A stretch of DNA of 64,000 bases from the human T2T-CHM13v2.0 reference genome, Homo sapiens, in the NCBI RefSeq assembly GCF_009914755.1, contig NC_060945.1; one strand, 5' to 3'. This document shows, piece after piece, positions 22,831-45,564 of this stretch. The translations under genes were made by a program, and so were the position numbers. How positions within the stretch are numbered: the first letter of the stretch is position 1; each line of letters begins with the position of its first letter. Under the pieces are notes generated by a model, which had not been told where the DNA came from, ran no database searches, and saw nothing but the letters and a program-made list of their open reading frames with translations.

Positions 22831-25800
22831 TTTAGTCAAAGCCTAGAGAATAGTTACAACTCCTGGATGATCAGTTCAGAAATATGTCACAATGTCCCCT
22901 CCCTGCGGAGCCTAGAGAAGATTTGCGTCATTTGGGTGATCAGTGCAGAGATTTATCACAATGTCCCCCATAGAAAAAACCTGAAAATGATTTACATCAC
23001 CTCGGTGATCAGTGCATAGGTATGTCAGAAATCCCCAGTAGGCTGAACTTAGACAAGGGTTATATCACTTAGGTGATCAGTGTAGAGATATGTGAAAATT
23101 CCCGTGTAGACAGAGCCTAGACAAGTGTTACATCACCTAGTGATCAGTGCAGGGATAAGTCATAAAGCCTCCTGTAGGCAGAGTGTAGACAAGTGTTTCC
23201 TCCCTGTGGTGATCAGTGCAGAGATATGTCACAAAGCCCCTATAAGCAGAACCTCGACACGGGTTACATCACCTGTTTGATCAGTGGAAATGTATAACGC
23301 AAAGCCCCCTGTAAGCAAAGCCCAGACAATTGTTACATCAGCTGGGTGAGCAGTGGAGTAATCTGTCACAATGCCCCTGTAGGCAGAGCTTTGACAAGGG
23401 TTACATCACCTGCGTGATCAGTGCAGAGATATGTCGAAACGCTCCTGTAGGCTGAACCGAGACAGGAGTCACATCACCTGGGTGATCAGTGCAGAGATAT
23501 GTGAGAATTCCCGTTTAGGCAGAGCCTAGACAAGTGTTACATCAACTAGGTTATCAGTGCAGGTATAAGTCATAAAGCCTCCTGTAGGCAGAGAATAGAC
23601 AAGAGTTCCCTCCCCAGGGTGATCAGTGCAGAGAAGTGTCACATAGCCCCTGAAGGCAGAGCCTAGACAAGAGTTTCATCACTTGGTTGATCAGTTCAGA
23701 GATGTGTCATAATGTCCATGTAGGCAGATCTAAGACAAGAGTCCATCACCTGGGTGATCAGTGCAGAGATATGTACCAATGTCCCCGGTAGGCCGTGCCT
23801 AGACAAGAGTTGCATCACCTCAGAGATCAGTGCATGGATATGTCACAAAGCCTTCTGTAGGCAAAGACCATACAAGGCTTACATCACCTAGGTGATGAGT
23901 GCAGTGTTATGTCACAAAAATCCCAGTAGACAGAGCCTAGACAAGGGTTACATCACCTGGGTTATCAGTGCAGATATTTGACACAATGCACCCATAGACA
24001 GAGCCTAGAGAAGACTTCCATCACCTGCGTGATCAGTGCAGAGATATGTCACAATGCCCTCTGTAGGCAGAGCATAGAGAAGAGTTGCATCACCTGGGTG
24101 ATCACTGCAGAGATATGTCACAATGTCCCCTGTAGGCAAAGCCTAGGCAAAAGTTACATCACCTTTGTCATCAGTTCAGGGATATGTGAAAACGCCCCTG
24201 TAGGCAGAGCCTAGACAAGAGTTACATCACCTAGTTGATCAGTGCAGAGATATTTCACAATACCCTGTGTACGCAGATCCTAGACAAGAGTTGAATCACC
24301 TGGGTGATCAGTACAGAGATATTTCACAATGCCCCCTTTGGGCAGAGGGTAGACAACAGTTATATCACCTAGGTGATCAGTGCAGAGACTTGTCAAAATT
24401 CCCTGTAGGCAGTGCTTACAAAATTGTCACATCACCTAAGTGATCAGTGCAGAGATATGTCACAAAGCTCCTTTAGGCAGAACTTAGATGAGTTACGTCA
24501 CCTGGGTGATCAGTGCAAAGCTATGTCACAAAGCCCCCTGTAGGCAAATCCTAGACTATCGTTACATCATTTGGGTAATCAGTGGCGAGATCTCTCACAA
24601 TTTCCCCGTAGGCAGAGCTTATACAACAGTTACATCACCTGGGTGATCACTGCAGAGATATGTCACTATGCCCCCATAGGCAGATCCAAGACAAGAGTCC
24701 GTCACCTGGGTGACCAGTGCAGAAATATGTCACAATTCCCCCTTAAGCAGAGCCTAGACAAAAGCCCCATCACCTGGATGATCAGTGCAGAGTTATGTCA
24801 CAAAATCCCTTTAGTCAGATGCTAGACAAGAGTTATATCACTTGGATGATCAGTGCAGAGATATGTCACAAAGCCACTGTAGACAGAGCCTAGACAAGAA
24901 TTACATGACCTAGGTGATCAGTGCAGAGATACATCACAATATCCCTGTAGGCAGAGCCTTGACAAGTGGTACATCACCTGGGTGATCATTGCAGGGATAT
25001 GTTCCAAAGCTCCCTGTAGGAAGATCCTAGAAAAGAGTTACATCACCTTGGTGATCAGTGCAGAGATATGTCACAATGCCACTGTAGGCATAGCCTAGAC
25101 AAGAGTTACATGACCTATCTGATCAGTGCAGAGATACATCGCAATGCCCCTGTAGGCAGAGCCATGACAAATGGTGTATCACCTGGGTGATCATTGCAGG
25201 GATACGTCACAAAGCACCTTGTAGGAAGATCCTAGAGAAGAGTTATATCACCTGGGTAATCAGTGCAGAGATATGTCACAAGCCCCCTGTAGGAAGAGCC
25301 TAGACAAGAATTATATCACCTGGGTGGTCATTGCAGTGATATGTCACAAGGCCGTGTAGCCAGAGCCTAGACTAAAGTTACAGCACCTGGGAGATCAGTA
25401 CAGAGATATGTCACAATGTACACAGTAGGCAGAGACCAGGCAAGATTTGGATCACCTCGGGATCAGTGCAGAGATATGTCTCAATCTCCCTGTGGGCACA
25501 GCCTAGACAAGAGATACATCACCTCGGTTAACAGTGCAGAGATATGTCAAAATGCCCCTGTAGGCAGAGCCTACACAAGTGTTACATAACTTAGGTGATC
25601 AGTGCAGAGATATGTCACAATACACCCTGTAAATAGGGCCTAGACAAGAGTTACATCACCTGGGTGATCAGTGCAGAGACCTGTTACAATGCCCCGTTAG
25701 GCAGAGCTTAGACCAGGGTTACACCACCTGGGTGATCAGTGCAGAGATATGTCACAATGCCCCCATAGGCAAATCCAAGACAATAGTCCGTCACCTGGGT

Positions 25801-26366
25801 GATCAGTGCAGACATCTGTGACAATGCCCCCAGTAAGCAGAGCCTAGAGAAGGGTCCCATCACCTGTGTGATAAGTGCAGAGGTATTTCACAATGCCCCT
25901 GAAGGCAGAGCGTAAGCAAGAGTTACATCCCCTAGGTGATCACTGCAGAGATATGTCACAAGGCCCCCTATAGCTAGAGCCTGGACAAGAGTTTTATCAC
26001 CTCGGTGATCAATGCAGTGATATGTCACTATACCCCGTAGGCGGAGCCTAGTGAAGCGTTCCATCACCTGGGTGATCAGTGCAGAGTTATGTCACAAAGC
26101 CCCCATACACAGAGCAAAGAAAAGAGTCCCAACACCTGGGTGATCAGTGCAGAAATATGTCACAATTACCCCATAGGCAGATCCAACACAAGAGTTCCAT
26201 CACCTGGGTGATCAGTGTAGAGATGTGTCACAATGCCCCCATAGGCAGAGCCTAGACAAGAGCCCCATCACCTGAGTGATCAGTGCAGAGATATGTCACA
26301 AAGCCCCTGTAGGCAGAGCCTAGAAAAGAGTTACTTTACTTTGTTGATCAGTTCAGAGATGTGTCA
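22831..26366 (+). repeat. Beta satellite tract, ~3.5 kb
   Basis: Tandem 68-69 bp monomers. Confidence 0.97.
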
Positions 26367-29131
<2,765 letters not shown>

Positions 29132-32100
29132 TTTAGTCAAAGCATGGAGAATAGTTACATCTCCTGGATGATCAGTTCAGAAATATGTCACAATGCCCCC
29201 TCCATTCAGAGCCTGGAAAAGATTTGCATCATTTGGGTGATCAGTGCAGAGATGTATCACAATGTCCCCTGTACAGAAAGCCTGGGAACGATTTACATCA
29301 CCATGGTGATCAGTGCATAGATATGTCAGAAATCCCCAGTAGGCTGAACCTAGACAAGGGTTACATCCTTTAGGTGATCAGTGTAGAGATATGTGAAAAT
29401 TCCCGTGTAGACAGAGCCTAGACAAGTGTTATGTCACCTAGTGATCAGTGCAGGGATAAGTCGTAAAGCCTCCTGTAGGCAGAGTTTAGAAAAGTGTTTC
29501 ATCCCTGGGGTGATCAGTGCAGAGATATGTCACAAAGCTCCTGTAAGCAGAACCTTGACAAGTCTTACTTCACCTGTTTGATCAGTGGAAATGTATATCA
29601 TAAAGCCCCCAGTAGGCAAAGCCCGGACTATTGTTAAATCACTTGGGTGAGCAGTGGAGAGATCTGTCACAATGCCCCTGTAGGCAGAGCTTAGATAAGG
29701 GTTACATCACCTGGGTGATCAGTGCAGAGATATGTCAAAAGGCTCCCCTGGGCTGAACCTAGACAGGAGTTACATCACCCGGGTGATCAGTGCAGAGATT
29801 TGTGAGAATTCCCGTGTAGGCAGGGCCTAGACAATTGTTACATCACCTAGGTTATCAGTGCAGGCATAAGTCATAAAGCCTCCTGTAGGCAGAGTGTAGA
29901 CAACTCTTCCCTCACCAGGGTGATCATTGCAGAGATGTGTCACAAAGCCCCTGTAGGCAGAGCCTAGACAAGAGTTTCATCACTTGGTTGATCAGTTCAG
30001 AGATGTGTCAAAATGTCCATGTAGGCAGATCTAAGACAAGAGTCCATCACATGGGTGATCAGTGCAGAGATATGTACCAATTTCCCCTGTAGGCAGTGCC
30101 TAGACGCGACTTGCATCACCTCAGAGATCAGTGCATAGGTATGTCACAAAGCCTTCTGTAGGAAAAGCCCATACAAGGCTTACATCACCTAGGTGATCAG
30201 TGCAGTGATGTTTCACAAAAAATCCTGTAGACAGAGCCTAGAAAAGAGTTACATCACCTGGGTGATCAGTGCAGATATTTGACACAATGCCTCCATAGAC
30301 AGAGACTATAAAAGACTTCCATCACCTGGGTGATCATTGAAATGATATGTTACAAATCCCCTTCTAGGCAGAGTATAGAGAACAGTCCCATCACCTGGGT
30401 GATCAGTGCAGAGATATTTCCCAATTCCCCCTGTAGGCAGAGAGTGGGCAAGAGTTAAATAACCTAGGTGATCTGTGCAGAGCTATGTCAAAACGTCCCG
30501 GAAGGCAGAGCCTAGATAAATGTCGCATCAGCTGGGTGATAAGTGCAGAGATACGTCACAATACCCCCTGTATGTGGAGCCTAGACAAGAGATACATCAA
30601 CTGGGTGATCAGTGCAGAGATATGTAACAAAGCCCCTGTAGGCGGAGCCTAGACAGAGTTACATCACCTGGGTTATCAGTGCAGAAATATATCACAAAGC
30701 CCCTGTAGGCCGAGCCTAGATAAGAGTTACATCTCCTAGGTTATCAGTGCAAAGATATGTCACAAAGCCCCCTGTAGACAAATCCCAGAAAGTTGTTACA
30801 TCACCTGGGTGATCAGTGGAGGTATCTGTCAAAATTCCCCTTTAGGCGCAGCTTAGACAAGCCTTACATCACATGAGTGATCAGTGTAGAGTTATGTCAC
30901 TATGCCCCCATAGGCAGATCCAAGACAAGAGTTCATCACCTGCGTGATCAGTGCAGAAATATGCCACAATGCTGCCAGTAGGCAGATATAGAAAAGACTT
31001 AAATCAGCTGCGTGATCATTGCAGAGATATGTCACAATGCCCCTGTAGGCAGACCCTAGACAAGAGTCCCATCAGCTTGGTGATCAGTGCAGAGTTATGT
31101 CACAATGCCCCTGTAGCCAGAGCCTAGACAAGCGTTACATCAGCTGTGTGATCAGTGCAGTGACATGTCACAATGTCCATGTAGCCTTATCCTTGGCAAA
31201 AGTGACATCACCTGGGTGATCAGTGCGGAGATATATCACAATGTCTCCAGTAGGCAGAGCCTAGACAAGAGTTACATCACCTGGGTGATCAGGGCAGAGA
31301 TATGTCACAATGCCCCCTCTAAGCAGATCCCAGACAATAGTTGCATCACCTCGGTGATCAGTGCAGAGATATGTCTCAATGCCCCCTGTCGGTGAAGCCT
31401 ATACATGAGTTACACCACCTCGGTGATCAGTGCAGTGATATGTTAAAATGCCCCTGTAGGCAGAGCTTAGACAAAAGTTACATAACCTGGGTGATCAGTG
31501 CAGAGATATGTTCTAAATTCCACTGTAGGCAAAGCCTAGACAAGTTTTACATCACCTCAGCGATCAGTGCAGAGATATGTCCCAATGTCCCTCTAGGCAG
31601 AGCTTAGACAGGAGTCACATCTCCTGGGTGATCAGTGCAGAGATAAGTCACAAGGCCCCCGTAGGCAGAGCGTAGACAAGAGTTACATAACCCGGGTGAT
31701 CTGTGCAGAATGATGTCACAACGACCTCTGTAGGCAGAGACTAGAAAAGAGTTACATCACCTGGGTGATCAGTGCAGAGATATGTCACAATGCCCCCATA
31801 GGCAGATCCAAGACAAGAGTCCGTCACGTGGGTGATCAGTGCAGAAATATGTCACAATGCCCCCTTAGGCAGAGCCTGGACAAAAGCCCCATCACCTGTA
31901 TGATCAGTGCAGAGTTATGTCACAAACTCCCTTTAGGCCGACCCTAGACAAGGGTTACATTACTTGGATGATCAGTGCAGAGGTATGTCACAATGCCCCT
32001 GTAGGCAGAGCCTAGACAAGTATTACATTACCCAGGTACTCAGTGCAGAGATACATCTTAATGTCCCTGTAGGCAGAGACTTGACAAGAGGTATATCACC

Positions 32101-32807
32101 TGGGTGATCACTGCAGGGATATGTCACAAAGCACCCTGTACGCAGATCCTAGAGGAAAGATATAAAACCCGGGTGAACAGTGCAGAGATATGTCACAATG
32201 CCCCCATAGGCAAATCCAAGACAAGGGTCCGTCACCTGGGTGATCAGTGCAGAAATATGTGACAATGCCCCCAGTAGGCAGAGCCTATAGAAGAGTCCCA
32301 TCACCTGGGTAATCAGTGCAGAGATATTTCACAATGCCCCTGCAGGCAGAGCATAAGCAAGAGTTACATCACCAAGATGATCAGTGCAGAGTTATGTCAC
32401 AAGGCCCCCTATAGGCAGAGCTTGGACAGGAGTTACATCGCCTTGGTGATCGATGCAGTGATATGTTATTATACCCCATAGGCAGAGCCTAGTCAAGCGT
32501 TACATCACGTGGGTGATCAGTGCAGAGATATGTCACAAAGCCCCCATACACAGATCCTAGACAAGAGACCCATCACCTGAGTGATCAGTGCAGAAATATG
32601 TCACAATGCCCCCATAGGCAGATCCAACACAAGAGTTACATCACCTGGGTGATCAATGTAGAGGTATGTCACAATGCCCCCATAGGCAGAGCCTAGACAA
32701 GCGTCCCATCACCTGGGTGATCAGTGAAGAGATATATCACAAAGCCCCAGTAGGCAGAGCCTAGACAAAAGTTACATCACTTTGTTGATCAGTTCAGAGA
32801 TGTGTCA
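29132..32807 (+). repeat. Beta satellite tract, ~3.7 kb
   Basis: Tandem 68-69 bp monomers. Confidence 0.97.
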
Positions 32808-35542
<2,735 letters not shown>

Positions 35543-38500
35543 TTTAGTCAAAGCCTGTAGAATAGTTACATCTCCTGGATGATCAGTTCACAAATAAGTC
35601 ACAATGCCCCCTCCCTGCAGAGCTTAGAGAAGATTTGCATCATTTGGGTGTTCAGCGCAGAGATAAATAACAATGTCCCCTGTACAAAAAGCCTGGAAAT
35701 GATTTACATCACCTCGGTGATCAGTGCATAGGTATGTCAGAAATCCCCAGTAAGCTGAACCTAGACAAGGGTTACATCACTTAGGTGATCAGTGTAGAGA
35801 TATGTGAAAATTCCCATGTAGACAGAGCCTAGACAAGTGTTACATCACCCAGTGATCATTGCAGGGGTAATTCGTGAAGCCTCCTTTAGGCAGAGTGTAG
35901 ACAAGTGATTCCTCTCTGGGGTGATCAGTGCATAGATATGTCACAAAGCCCCTGTAAGCTGAACCTTGACAAGGGTTACATCACCTGTTTGATCACTGGA
36001 TATGTATATCACACAGCCCCCTGTAGGCAAAGCCCAGACAATTGTCACATCACCTGAGTGAGCAGTGGAGAGATCTGTCACAATGACCCTGTAGGCAGAG
36101 CTTAGACAAGTGTTACATCACCTGGGTGATCAGTGCAGAGATATGACAAAACGCTCCTGTAGGCTAAACCTAGACAGGAGTTACATCACCCAGGTGATCA
36201 GGGCAGAGATATGTGAGAATTCCCGGGTAGGCAGAGCCTAGACAAGTGTTACATCACCTAGGTTATCAGTGCAGGTATAAGTCATAAAGTCTCCTGTAGG
36301 CAGAGTGTAGACAAGAGTTACCTCCCCAGGGTGATCAGTGCAGAGATGTGTCACAAAGCCCCTGTAGCAGAGCCTATACAAGAGTTTCATCACTTGGTTG
36401 ATCAGTTCAGAGATGTGTCACAATGTCCATGTAGACAGATCTAAGACAAGAGTCCATCACCTGGGTGATCAGTGCAGAGATATGTACCAATGGCCCTGTA
36501 GGTTGGGCCTAGACAAGAGTTGCATCACCTCAGAGATCATTGCATAGATATGTCACAAAGCCTTCTGTAGGCAAAGTCCATATAAGGCTTACAACACCTA
36601 GGTGATCAGTGCAGTGATATGTCACAAAAATCCCTATAGACAGAGCCTAGAAAGAGTTACATCACCTTTGTGATCAGTGCAGATATTTGACACAATGCCC
36701 CCAAAGACAGAGCCTAGAAAAGAGTTACATCACCTGGGTGATCAGTGCAGATATTTGACACAATGCCCCCATAGACAGAGCCTAGACAAGACTTCCATCA
36801 CCTGGGTGATCAGTGCAGAGATATGTCACAAATCCCCCTCTAGGCAGAGTATCGAGAAGAGTCCCATCACCTGGGTGATCAGTGCAGAGATATTTCACAA
36901 TGCCCCCTGTAGGCAGAGAGTGGACAAGAGTTACATAACCTAGGTGATCTGTGCAGAGCTATGTCAAAACGCCCCTGTTGGCTGAGCATAGATAAATGTT
37001 ACATCACCTGGGTGATCTGTGCAGATACGTCACAATAGCCCCTGTAGGTGTAGCCTAGACAAGAGTTACATCACCTGGGTGATCAGTGCAGAAATATGTC
37101 ACAAAACCCCTGTAGGCAGAGCCTAAACAAGAGTTACATCACCTGGGTTATCAGTGCTGAAATATGTCACAAAGCTCCTGTAGGCCGAGCCTAGACAAGA
37201 GTTACATCTCCTGGGTGATCAGTGCAAAGGTATGTCACAAAGCTCCCTGTAGACAAATCCCAGAAAATTATTACATTACCTGGGTGATCAGTGGAGGTAT
37301 CTGTCACAATTCCCCTTTAGGCGCAGCTTAGACAAGCATTATATCACATAAGTGATCAGTGCAGAGATATGTCACTATGCCCCCATAGGCAGATCCAAGA
37401 CAAGAGTCCATCAACTGGGTGATCAGTGCAGAAATATGCCACAATGCCGCCAGTAGGCAGATATAGACAAGAGTTACATCACCTGCGTGATCACTGCAGA
37501 GATATGTCACAAAACCCCAGTAGGCAGAGCGTAGACAAGAGTCCCATCACCTGGGTGATCAGTGCAGAGTTATGTCACAATGCCCCCTTTTGGCAGGCCT
37601 AGACAAGGGTTACATCACCTGGGTGATCAGTGCAGAGATGTGTCACAAGCCCCCTGTAGCCAGAGCGTTGACAAGTGTTACATCAGCTGTGTGATCAGTG
37701 CAGTGACATGTCTCAATGTCCCTGTAGCCATATCCTTGACAAAAGTGACATCACCTGGGTGACCAGTGCAGAGATATGTCACAAGATCTCCATTAGGCAG
37801 AGCCTAGACAAGAGTTACATCACCTGGGTGATCAGGGCAGAGATGTGTCACAATGACCCCTGTAAGCAGATCCCAGAAAGAGTTGCATCACCTCGGTGAT
37901 CAGTTCAGAGATATATCTCAATGCCCCCTGTCGGCGAAGCCTATACAAGAGTTACATCATCTCGGTCATCAGTGCAGTGATATGTTAAAATACCCCTGTA
38001 GGCAGAGCCCAGACAACAGTTACATCACCTGGGTGATCAGTGCAGAGATATCTCACAATAACCCCTGTAAGCAGAGCCTAGAAAAGAGTTACATCACCTG
38101 GCTGATTAGTGCAGAGATACGTCATAAATCCCACTATAGGCAAGCCTAGGCAAGCCTAGACAATTTTACATCACCTCAGCGATCAGTTCAGAGATACGTC
38201 CTGATGTCCCTCTAGGCAGAGCTCAGACAAGTGTCACGTGTCTTGGGTGATCAGTGCAGAGATAAGTCACAATGCCCACGTATGCAGAGCATAGACAAGA
38301 GTTGTAAAGCCTCCTGTAGGCAGAGTGTAGACAAGTGTTTCCTCCCTGTGGTGATCAGTGCAGAGATATGTCACAAAGCCCCTGTAAACAGAACCTTGAC
38401 AAGGGTTACATCACCTGTTTGATCAGTGGAAATGTATATCACAAAGTCCCTTGTAGGCAAAGCCCTGACAATTGTTACATCACCTGGGTGAGCAGTGGAG

Positions 38501-41500
38501 AGATCTGTCACAATGCCCCTGTAGGCAGAGCTTTGACAAGGGTAACATCACCTCAGTGATCAGCACAGAGGTATGTCAAAACGGTCCTATAGGCTGAACC
38601 TAGACAGGAGTTACTTCACCTGGGTGATGAGTGCAGAGATATGTGAGAATTTCCGTGTAAACAGGGCCTAGACAAGTGTTACTTCACCTAGGTTATCAGT
38701 GCAGGTATAAGTCATAAAACTCCTATTGGCAGAGCGTAGACAAGAGTTCCCGCCGCAGGGTGATCAAAGCAGTGATGTGTCACATAGCCCCTGTAGGCAG
38801 AGGCTAGACAAGGGTTTCATCACTTGGTTGATCAGTTCAGAGATGTGTCACAATGTCCATGTAGGCAGATCTAAGACAAGAGTCCATCAACTGGGTGATC
38901 AGTGTAGAGATATGTACCAATGTCCCCTGTAGGCAGTGCCTAGACAAGAGTTGCATCACCTCAGAGATCAGTACATAGATATGTCACAAATCCTTCTGTA
39001 AGCAAAGCTCATACAAGACTTACATCAGCTAGGTGATCACTGCAGTGGTATGTCACAAAAATCCCTGTAGACAGAGCCTAGCAAAGAGTTACATTACCTG
39101 GGTGATCAGTGCAGATATTTGACACAATGCCCCCAAAGACAGATCCTAGACAAGAATTCCATCACCTGGGTGATCAGTGCAGAGATATGTCACAAACCCC
39201 CACTAGGCAGAGTATAGAGAAGAGTCCCATCACCTGGGAGATGAGTGCAGATATATTTCACAACACACCTGCAGGCAGAGCGTGGACAAGTGATACATAA
39301 CCTAGGTGATCTGTGCAGAGCTATGTCAAAACGCCCCTGCAGGGAGAGCCTAGATAAATGTTACATCACCTCGATAATCTGTGCAGAGATACGTCACAAT
39401 ACCCCATGTACGTGGAACCCAGACAACAGTTATATTACCTGGGTGATCAGTACAGAAATATGTCACAAAACCCCTGTAGGCCGAGCCTAGAAAAGAGTTA
39501 CATCTCCTGGGTGATCAATGCAAAGATATGTCACAAAGCCCCCTGCAGACAAGTCCCAGAAAATTGTTACATCACCTGGGTGATCAGTGGAGATATCTGT
39601 CACAATTCACCTTGAGGCGCAGCTTAGACAAGCGTTACGTCACATGAGTGATCAGTGCAGAGATATGTCACTATGCCCCAATAGGCAGATCCAAGACAAG
39701 AGCCCATCACCTGGTTGATCAGTGCAGAAATATGCCACAATGCCGCTAGTAGGCAGATATAGGCAAGAGTTACATCACCTGCATGATCACTGCAGACATA
39801 TGTCACAATGCTCCTGTAGGCAGAGCCTAGACAAGAGTCCCATCACCTGAGTGATCAGTGAAGAGTTATGTCACAATGCACCATTTTGTCAGAGCCTAGA
39901 CAAGGGTTACATCACCTGGGTGATCACTGCAGAGATGTGTCACAAGCCCCCTATACCCAGAGCCTAAACAAGTGTTACATCAGCTGTGTGATCAGTGCAG
40001 TAACATGTCACAATGTCCCTGTAGCCATATCCTTGACAAAAGTGACATCACCTGGGTGATCAGTGCGGAGATATGTCACAATGTCTCCAGTAGGCAGAGC
40101 CTAGACAAGAGATACATCACCTCGGTGATCAATGCAGAGATATCTCACAATACCCCCTGTAAGCAGAGGCTAGACAAGACTTACATCACCTGGGTGATCA
40201 GTGCAGAGATATGTCATAAATCCCACTGTAGGCAAAGCCTAGACAGTTTTACATCACCTCAGCGATCAGTGCAGAGATATGTCCCAATGTTCCTCTAGGC
40301 AGAGCTTAGGAAAGAGTCACATCTCCTGGGTAATCAGTGCAGAGTTAAGTCACAATGCCCCCATAGGCAGAGCCTAGACAACACTTACATAACCCGGGTG
40401 ATCCGTGCAGAGTGATGTCACAACGCCCTCTGTAGGCAGAGACTTGAAAAGGGTTACATCACCTGGGTGATCAGTGCAGAGATATGTCACTATGTCCCCT
40501 GTAGGCAGAGCATAGAGAAGAGTTGCATCACCTGGGTGATTAGTGCAGATATATGTCACAATGTCCCCTGTAGGCAAAGCCTAGGCAAGAGTTACATCAC
40601 CTTTGTCATCAGTTCAGGGATATGGGAAAACGTTCCTGTAGGCAGAGCCTAGACAAAGTTACATCACCTAGCTGATCAGTGCAGAGATATTTCACAATAC
40701 CCCCTATAAGCAGATCCTAGACAAGATTTGAATCACCTGGGTGAACAGTGCAGAGATATTTCACAATGCCCCCTTTGGGCAGAGGGTAGACAAGAGTTAC
40801 ATCACCTAGGTGATCAGTGCAAAGAGTTGTCAAAATTCTCTGTAGGCAGTGCGTACAAAAGTGTTACACCACATAAGTGATCAGTGCAGAGATATGTCAC
40901 AAAGCTCCTGTAGGCAGAACTTAGATGAGTTACATCACCTTGGTGATCAGTGCAAAGGTATGTCAATAAGCCCCCGGTAGGCAAAGCCTAGACAATAGTT
41001 ACATCAGTTCGGTGATCAGTGGCAAGATCTCTCACAATTCCCCTGTCGGCAGAGCTTATACAACCGTTACATCACCTGGGTGATCAGTGCAGAGATATGT
41101 CACAATGCCCTCATAGGCAGATCCAAGACAAGAGTCCGTCACCTGGGTGATCAGTGCCGAAACATGTCACAATGCCCCCTTAGGCAGAGCCTAGACAAAA
41201 ACCCCTTTACCTGGATGATCAGTGCAGATTTATGTCACAAAGTCCCTTTAGGCAGATCCTAGACAAGAGTTAAATCACTTGGATGATCAGTGCAGAGATA
41301 TGTCACAATACCACTCAACCCAGAGCCTAGAAAACGGTTACATGACCTAGGTGATTAGTGCAGAGATACATCGCAATGTCCTTGTAGGCAGAGCCTTGAC
41401 AAGTGGTACATCACCTGGGTGATCATTGCAGGGATATGTCACAAAGCACCCTGTAGGCAGATCCTAGAAAACAGTTACATCATCTGGGTGATCATTGCAA

Positions 41501-42800
41501 AGATATGTCACAATGTCAATGTAGGCAGAGGCTAGACAAGTGTTACATGACCTAGGTGATCAGTGCAGAGATACATCGCAATGCCCCTGTAGGCAGAGTC
41601 TTGGCAAGTGGTATATCACCTGGTTGATCATTGCAGGGATATGTCACAAAGCACCCTGTGGGCAGATCCTAGAGAAGAGTTATATCACCTGGGTGATCAG
41701 TGCAGAGATATGTCACAAGACCCCTGTAGGCAGAGCCTAGACAAGAGTTATATCACCTGGGTGATCAGTGCAGTGAAATGTCAAAATGCCGTGTGGCCAG
41801 AGCCTAGACGAAAGTTACAGCACCTGGGAGATCAGTGCAGAGATATGTCACAATATCCCCAGTAGGCAGAGACCAGGCAAGAGTTGCATCACCTGGGGAT
41901 CAGTGCAGAGATATGTCTCAATCCCCCTGTGGGCACAGCCTCGACAACAGTTACATCACCTCGGTTAACAGTGCAGAGATATGTCAAAATGCCCCTGTAG
42001 GCAGAGCCTACAAAATTGTTACATCACTTAGGTGATCAGTGCAGAGATATGTCACAGTACCCCCTGTAAGCAGAGCCAGACCAGAGTTAGATCACCAGGG
42101 TGATCAATGCAGAGATATGTGACCATTCCCCTTTAAGCAGAGCCTAGACAATTGTCACATCACCTGAGTGATCAGTGCAGAGATCTGTCACAATGCCCCT
42201 TAAGGCAGAGCTTAGACCAGAGTTACATCACCTGGATGATCAGTGCAGAGATATGTCACAGAGCCCCCATAGGCAAATCCAAGACATGATTCCATCACCT
42301 GAGTGATCAGTGCAGAAATTTATGACAATGACCCCAGTAAGCAGAGCCTAGAGAAGGGTCCCATCACGTAGATGATCAGTGCAGAGTTATGTCACAAGGC
42401 CCCCTATAGGCAGAATCTGGACAAGAGTTACATCACCTCGGTGATTAAAGCGGTGATATGTCACTATACCCTGTAGGCAGAGCCTAGTCAAGCGTTACAT
42501 CACCTGGGTGATCAGTGCAGAGCTATGCCACAAAGCCCCCATACACAGAGCCTAGAAAAGTGTCTCATCACTTGGGTGATCAGTGCAGAAATATGTCACA
42601 ATGCCCCCATAGGCAGATCCAACACAAGAGTTACATCACCTGGGTGATCAGTGTAGATATGTCACAATGCCCCCATAGGCAGAGACTACACAAAAGTCCC
42701 ATCACCTGGGTGATCAGTGCAGAGATATGTCACAAAGCCCTTGTAGGCAGAGCCTAGACAAGTGTTACATCACTTTGTTGATCAGTTCAGAGATGTGTCA
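35543..42800 (+). repeat. Beta satellite tract, ~7.3 kb
   Basis: Tandem 68-69 bp monomers. Confidence 0.97.

Positions 42801-45564
<2,764 letters not shown>

Noticed and set aside
22831-26366. CRISPR-like pattern of a conserved palindromic repeat alternating with variable sequence
   Set aside because: The variable parts are homologous to each other, there are no cas genes, and the context is primate satellite.
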